From an uncultured bacterium (GTDB lineage: Bacteria > Verrucomicrobiota > Verrucomicrobiia > Verrucomicrobiales > DEV007), in contig CAXBMO010000001.1 of the NCBI GenBank assembly GCA_963977015.1, positions 320,001 through 384,000 on the forward strand: a stretch of 64,000 nt of DNA, written 5' to 3'. Of the stretch, positions 60,322 to 64,000 are shown one piece after another. Position 1 is the stretch's first letter. Each line of letters starts with the position of its first letter. A model generated the notes under the pieces. The model was given only the letters and a program-made list of their open reading frames with translations. It was not told the DNA's origin and did not search any database. The position numbers were made by a program, and so were the translations under genes.

Positions 60322-60762
60322 ATGCGCTGGAATCTCTGCACCGTAGGAAAACCTTCGCTCGATTATGCCAAATCGGGTTCTCAAGACTATCTCAAGCGAA
60401 TCCAGCGCTACACAAAGATTGACTGGAATCAAATTCGCGAAGCTGGCAGGGAGTCGAACAGCGAGCAACTCCTCAAATCCAGCCAGGGCAGTCTTCGAAT
60501 CGTGTTTGATGAGCGCGGAGATTTGATCTCGACCAAGGAATGGGTTCGCAGGATTGACGGATGGGAGATGGACGGAACCAAAACGGTCAGCTTGATCATC
60601 GGCGGTGCGGAAGGGCATTCCCGGGAGCTTCGCGAATCCGCGGATTGCGTCTGGAGTTTGAGCGGGCTCGTCATGCAGCATGAATTGGCCCTGCTCGTGG
60701 TGCTGGAAGGTCTTTATCGCTGCTACACCATCAAACGCGGCGAGCCCTATCACCGGGACTGA
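60322..60762 (+). CDS. rlmH: 23S rRNA (pseudouridine1915-N3)-methyltransferase
   Basis: TVGK, YLKRI, IIGGAEG, SLS..HELA..LE.LYR, GEPYHR. Confidence 0.95.
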   Translation: MRWNLCTVGKPSLDYAKSGSQDYLKRIQRYTKIDWNQIREAGRESNSEQLLKSSQGSLRIVFDERGDLISTKEWVRRIDGWEMDGTKTVSLIIGGAEGHSRELRESADCVWSLSGLVMQHELALLVVLEGLYRCYTIKRGEPYHRD

Positions 60763-62057
60763 CCGAGCAGGAGATCGATGAGAATCGGACTCAATTCCGG
60801 ATCAACCCGGATCATTCGGGATTGAACCTGGGGATGTCGTCGTTCCGCGTTGCCGGAAAAAATCGCTTCCAACTCCCCTCGGCTGCGGCGGGAGCCGAGG
60901 TCGTCCAACGATGGCGGCAGAAAATCTTCGCGGTCGAGAGCGTAGGGATTTCCCGCGCCAAAATAAGGCTCCCGGGAGGTTTCGGGGCCGCCTCTTCCAT
61001 CCTGGGTATGGCAGGCAAAGCAATCCCAGCGCATTAATTCCCTCGTTAGCTCTGGTGCAGGTGTTTCGTCCAGATTTTTCAATGCCAGTTTGATGGACTT
61101 GCGTTGGGCGACACCCAGATAGAAATAGGGAACCCCGCCCTCGGTCGGAAGTTCAGCGAGACAACCCACATCTTCGGCCCTCAACGTGGCCAGCGGCGGC
61201 GCGCTCGCCAAATTCGGTAGTCCGAGATCGTGACACGCCGCGCAGCCTTTCGTGGTAAACAGGGCACGTCCGGTTTCCGCCAGAGCGGCGTCGATTGCCG
61301 GGTGACGAGCATTCGGATCAGTAACCTCGGGACCAGCTTGAAGGTAGGCGGCCAAATCTGCGGCGTCCTGCTCGTTCAAACCAAAATCGGGCATCCGCGT
61401 AGACGGGTGAAACGCTGCCGGGTTCATGAGATAGCGGGTTAGGAAATCGACCGACCAATAGGCCGCAAGCCGGATCGGCAGGGAAGGTAATGCGGGAGGT
61501 TCCTGAATGGTATCTTCCGCGAGGGAAGGAGCGCGATAGTCGACGTCGGGCGCGTGACAGCCCACGCAGCCAATCGTGTGATAGAGGTTCTTGCCGCGAT
61601 CTGGGATCCCGAGAAGCAGCGGCTGGTTCTCGTTCCTGGTTTGCGAGAGCAGAAAGTGAAACAGCGCATCGAGTTCTTCCGGATCGCGATCACTCGCCGC
61701 GAAAAGGCTGGGCATTCGCGTTCCCCGTTTCAAGTAGCGGGGATTGCGAATCAGCACCTGGAGAGCGGCTGGATCGCTGATTCGAGTCGCAATTTGCTGC
61801 AAATCCGGTCCGGGAGAGCCCGGAAGCCGATTCCGTAAATTCGCAGGGGGTTGGTGGCAGCCCACACAGTTCAATTCGCTGAGCAACAGCTCGCCACCTT
61901 GCCGCAAATAATCGGGATCGTCGTTCTCCGTGAAAAATCTCTCAAACCCAGCAATGAACGGATGGCTCACCTCTTCGGCATGCGCGGGGTGCGCGTTGAC
62001 GAGCGCGCGAGGCATGGCAACGAGCAGAAAGATGGTGAGAAATCGAAAAGTGGCCAT
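60750..62057 (-). CDS. Multiheme c-type cytochrome (4 CxxCH)
   Basis: CVGCH twice, CAACH, CFACH; TRMP Met-ligand motifs; signal peptide. Confidence 0.88.
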   Translation of the reverse strand: MATFRFLTIFLLVAMPRALVNAHPAHAEEVSHPFIAGFERFFTENDDPDYLRQGGELLLSELNCVGCHQPPANLRNRLPGSPGPDLQQIATRISDPAALQVLIRNPRYLKRGTRMPSLFAASDRDPEELDALFHFLLSQTRNENQPLLLGIPDRGKNLYHTIGCVGCHAPDVDYRAPSLAEDTIQEPPALPSLPIRLAAYWSVDFLTRYLMNPAAFHPSTRMPDFGLNEQDAADLAAYLQAGPEVTDPNARHPAIDAALAETGRALFTTKGCAACHDLGLPNLASAPPLATLRAEDVGCLAELPTEGGVPYFYLGVAQRKSIKLALKNLDETPAPELTRELMRWDCFACHTQDGRGGPETSREPYFGAGNPYALDREDFLPPSLDDLGSRRSRGELEAIFSGNAERRHPQVQSRMIRVDPELSPILIDLLLGQSR

Positions 62058-62254
62058 GAAGCAGCGTTAGTTTAGCGTTGGACGACACTGGGCCAATGAG
62101 AATTTGCAGAACGTGCCGGGGGGAAACCCCAAAAAGAAAAGGCCGCCATCACATTCTTCATGCGATGACGGCTTTGTGGAGGGCTTTTGAGGATTAAAGG
62201 GGGGCCACTGCTGTTGGAAACGGGAAGGTCAGTGGCTGGCGAATTCGCAAGGGG

Positions 62255-62953
62255 TTAGGTTGCGGAGGTTAATTCCCCAGATTCCATTTTATCCCGAAAT
62301 TGGCGGCTCCATTTGCGGAACGCGGTCTTGGCCCGTCCCCAGCGGCTCAGGCCTCCAATGACCTCGTTCTTGCCGGTGCGATCCTTGTCAATGACTGCAA
62401 AATAACGCTCTTTGGTAACCGAATCCACAACCTCGGCTTGAATGGCGACGGAACCGGCTCCGGGGTAGCTTCCCTTGATCGCCTTGATGGCTTCTCCGGT
62501 GGCCAGGGAGACTGGCGCGAATCCGGTCGCGAACAAAACCGGCGTGTTCGGTTTCATCTCGACCACGGATGCTCGCACCGTCAGGCTTCCGTGCTCCGGC
62601 CGGCTCACCACCGTAAAGCTGGAGCTCAATTCTTCTTTGAGTGTTTGCTCGAAGGTGTCGGCCAGCATCTTTGCTTCGCTGTGGCTTGCGCCCTGCATTT
62701 TGGTGAAAATGCTGTCGTGCTCAACGGTTGTGCCGTGGACCGGAACGTTGGCCACGTAAACTTTGTCGTAGCGGCTCATCTTCTCCAAATCACCTTCGTA
62801 AACGAGTTTGCCCTGCATCGCAGATGGCTTGTCGAAGCCTTGGTAAGAAGAGAGAAACTTGGTTTCGGTTGGAGGGGAAACGGTGACGCAACTGGAGAGG
62901 CCCACCATGACGAGAATGAACAGAATGATTGTTTGTAGTTTCACGGCGAGCAA
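62255..62953 (-). CDS. DUF3313 family lipoprotein
   Basis: Lipobox LSSC; FLSSY, QAEVVDSVT, AFRKWS. Confidence 0.75.
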   Translation of the reverse strand: MLAVKLQTIILFILVMVGLSSCVTVSPPTETKFLSSYQGFDKPSAMQGKLVYEGDLEKMSRYDKVYVANVPVHGTTVEHDSIFTKMQGASHSEAKMLADTFEQTLKEELSSSFTVVSRPEHGSLTVRASVVEMKPNTPVLFATGFAPVSLATGEAIKAIKGSYPGAGSVAIQAEVVDSVTKERYFAVIDKDRTGKNEVIGGLSRWGRAKTAFRKWSRQFRDKMESGELTSAT

Positions 62954-63067
62954 TTTAACAAACGATGAGCATAAAGAAATTAAAATATTATGGTTTTTAT
63001 AATATTTCGAAAATGTAAGATTTCTTTCAAGCTCCGCTCAAGCGTAAAATTGGCACGCAAGTAGGGC

Positions 63068-64000
63068 TCAATTGTTCGGAATGAGTCGCAATTCCTGACC
63101 GTTGACGTAGCCGCGCAACACCAGGTCCTCGTCTTCCTGATGGATCAAAACGGCTCCCGTTTCGCGCTGATCGAACAGTTCGATGGAGCGTTTCGCGACC
63201 ATCTTCCGCCACGCTGAGGAGATCGCCTGATTCTCCGGGAAGCCATCGTTTGTCGAAATGATCGCCTGGGGATCCACGGCAATCAGAAATTCCTCCAGTC
63301 CTGAGAAGTCGGCAACGTGGTGCGACTTCAACAGGACGTCCGCCTTCAAATCCCCGACATTCTCCAGCAGCCACTTTTCGGTCACAAAACCGCTATCGCT
63401 CATCGACAAAATCCGGAATCCGGACCACTCAATCATCAGGACGAGGCATTCATCATCGGCCACGGAAAGATCGACGTGATGGCTCGGCGGATAGAGCACA
63501 TCGATTTTTGCTTCATCGCTGATCTGAATTCCCGTTCCTCCGGCAATCTGGATGGAGGAGATATCCTGGCGCGCTTTGACCTTTTCCAGGTTTCGATAGG
63601 CTTGCGACATGCTGGGAAGCTGGGACGTCACCAGTTGATAGGGCGCATATTCGTCGATGAGCATCGGTGCGGCTCCGGTGTGTGCGGTATCACCGTGAGA
63701 AACGATGAAGCCATCGAGGCGCCCGATTCCCTGTTGGCGGAGCCAGGGTTGAATGATCGTTTGGAAACCGGATTCCGAGCCGCAATCGATCAACCAGGTC
63801 AGGTGATTTCCTGAGTTGGAATCGCGCACGTGGATTGCTTGTGGCGCGCAGCTTCGCCCGAGGTCGAACACGATCATTCCAGTCTCGGTCTGTTTTTGTG
63901 GAATCAAGTCGGCCAGCGGCGTCACCTGAAAATGAGCTGCGGGAAGTTGGGCGAAAAATACGGCGGTCTGCTGCAGGAGAAGCACGAGCCAGGCATTGAA
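63068..64000 (-). CDS. comEC: ComEC/Rec2 competence protein, C-terminal metallo-beta-lactamase domain (5' end outside window)
   Basis: WLIDCG, SHGDTAHTG, LKADVL..HH, ETGAV; frame open to position 64000. Confidence 0.8.
   Translation of the reverse strand, partial: FNAWLVLLLQQTAVFFAQLPAAHFQVTPLADLIPQKQTETGMIVFDLGRSCAPQAIHVRDSNSGNHLTWLIDCGSESGFQTIIQPWLRQQGIGRLDGFIVSHGDTAHTGAAPMLIDEYAPYQLVTSQLPSMSQAYRNLEKVKARQDISSIQIAGGTGIQISDEAKIDVLYPPSHHVDLSVADDECLVLMIEWSGFRILSMSDSGFVTEKWLLENVGDLKADVLLKSHHVADFSGLEEFLIAVDPQAIISTNDGFPENQAISSAWRKMVAKRSIELFDQRETGAVLIHQEDEDLVLRGYVNGQELRLIPNN

Overview
Bacterial chromosomal segment, most likely from Verrucomicrobiota (PVC superphylum). This is inferred from the DUF1549/DUF1553 and DUF1501 proteins, sulfatases, PEP-CTERM/exosortase and a SET-domain protein. 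Most of the roughly 50 genes are housekeeping or envelope genes (oppABC, hisD, msrA/msrB, asnS, rpsT, dtd, ydbH-ynbE-ydbL-like, tex, gcvP, rlmH, comEC). I saw no rRNA, convincing tRNA or CRISPR array. The most unusual locus is 18.8-20.0 kb. There an IS200/IS605 (Y1/HUH) gene is built from two tandem, complementary half-degenerate domains: the catalytic YxxxQ is only in domain 1 and the HUH motif only in domain 2. It has one in-frame TAG, is bracketed by REP-like hairpin doublets in 44-bp inverted repeats, sits next to a truncated TIR-domain fragment, and splits a DUF1553-DUF1501 gene pair. Other points of interest: a recent tandem duplication of a DUF1549/1553 gene with one hypervariable segment, an RHH-plus-small-protein cassette with a palindromic operator, a secreted peptide with a double-glycine-like motif, an FHA/coiled-coil/GT-like fusion, and an autotransporter with a PEP-CTERM-like passenger. 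All family assignments come from motif recognition by eye, not database searches.
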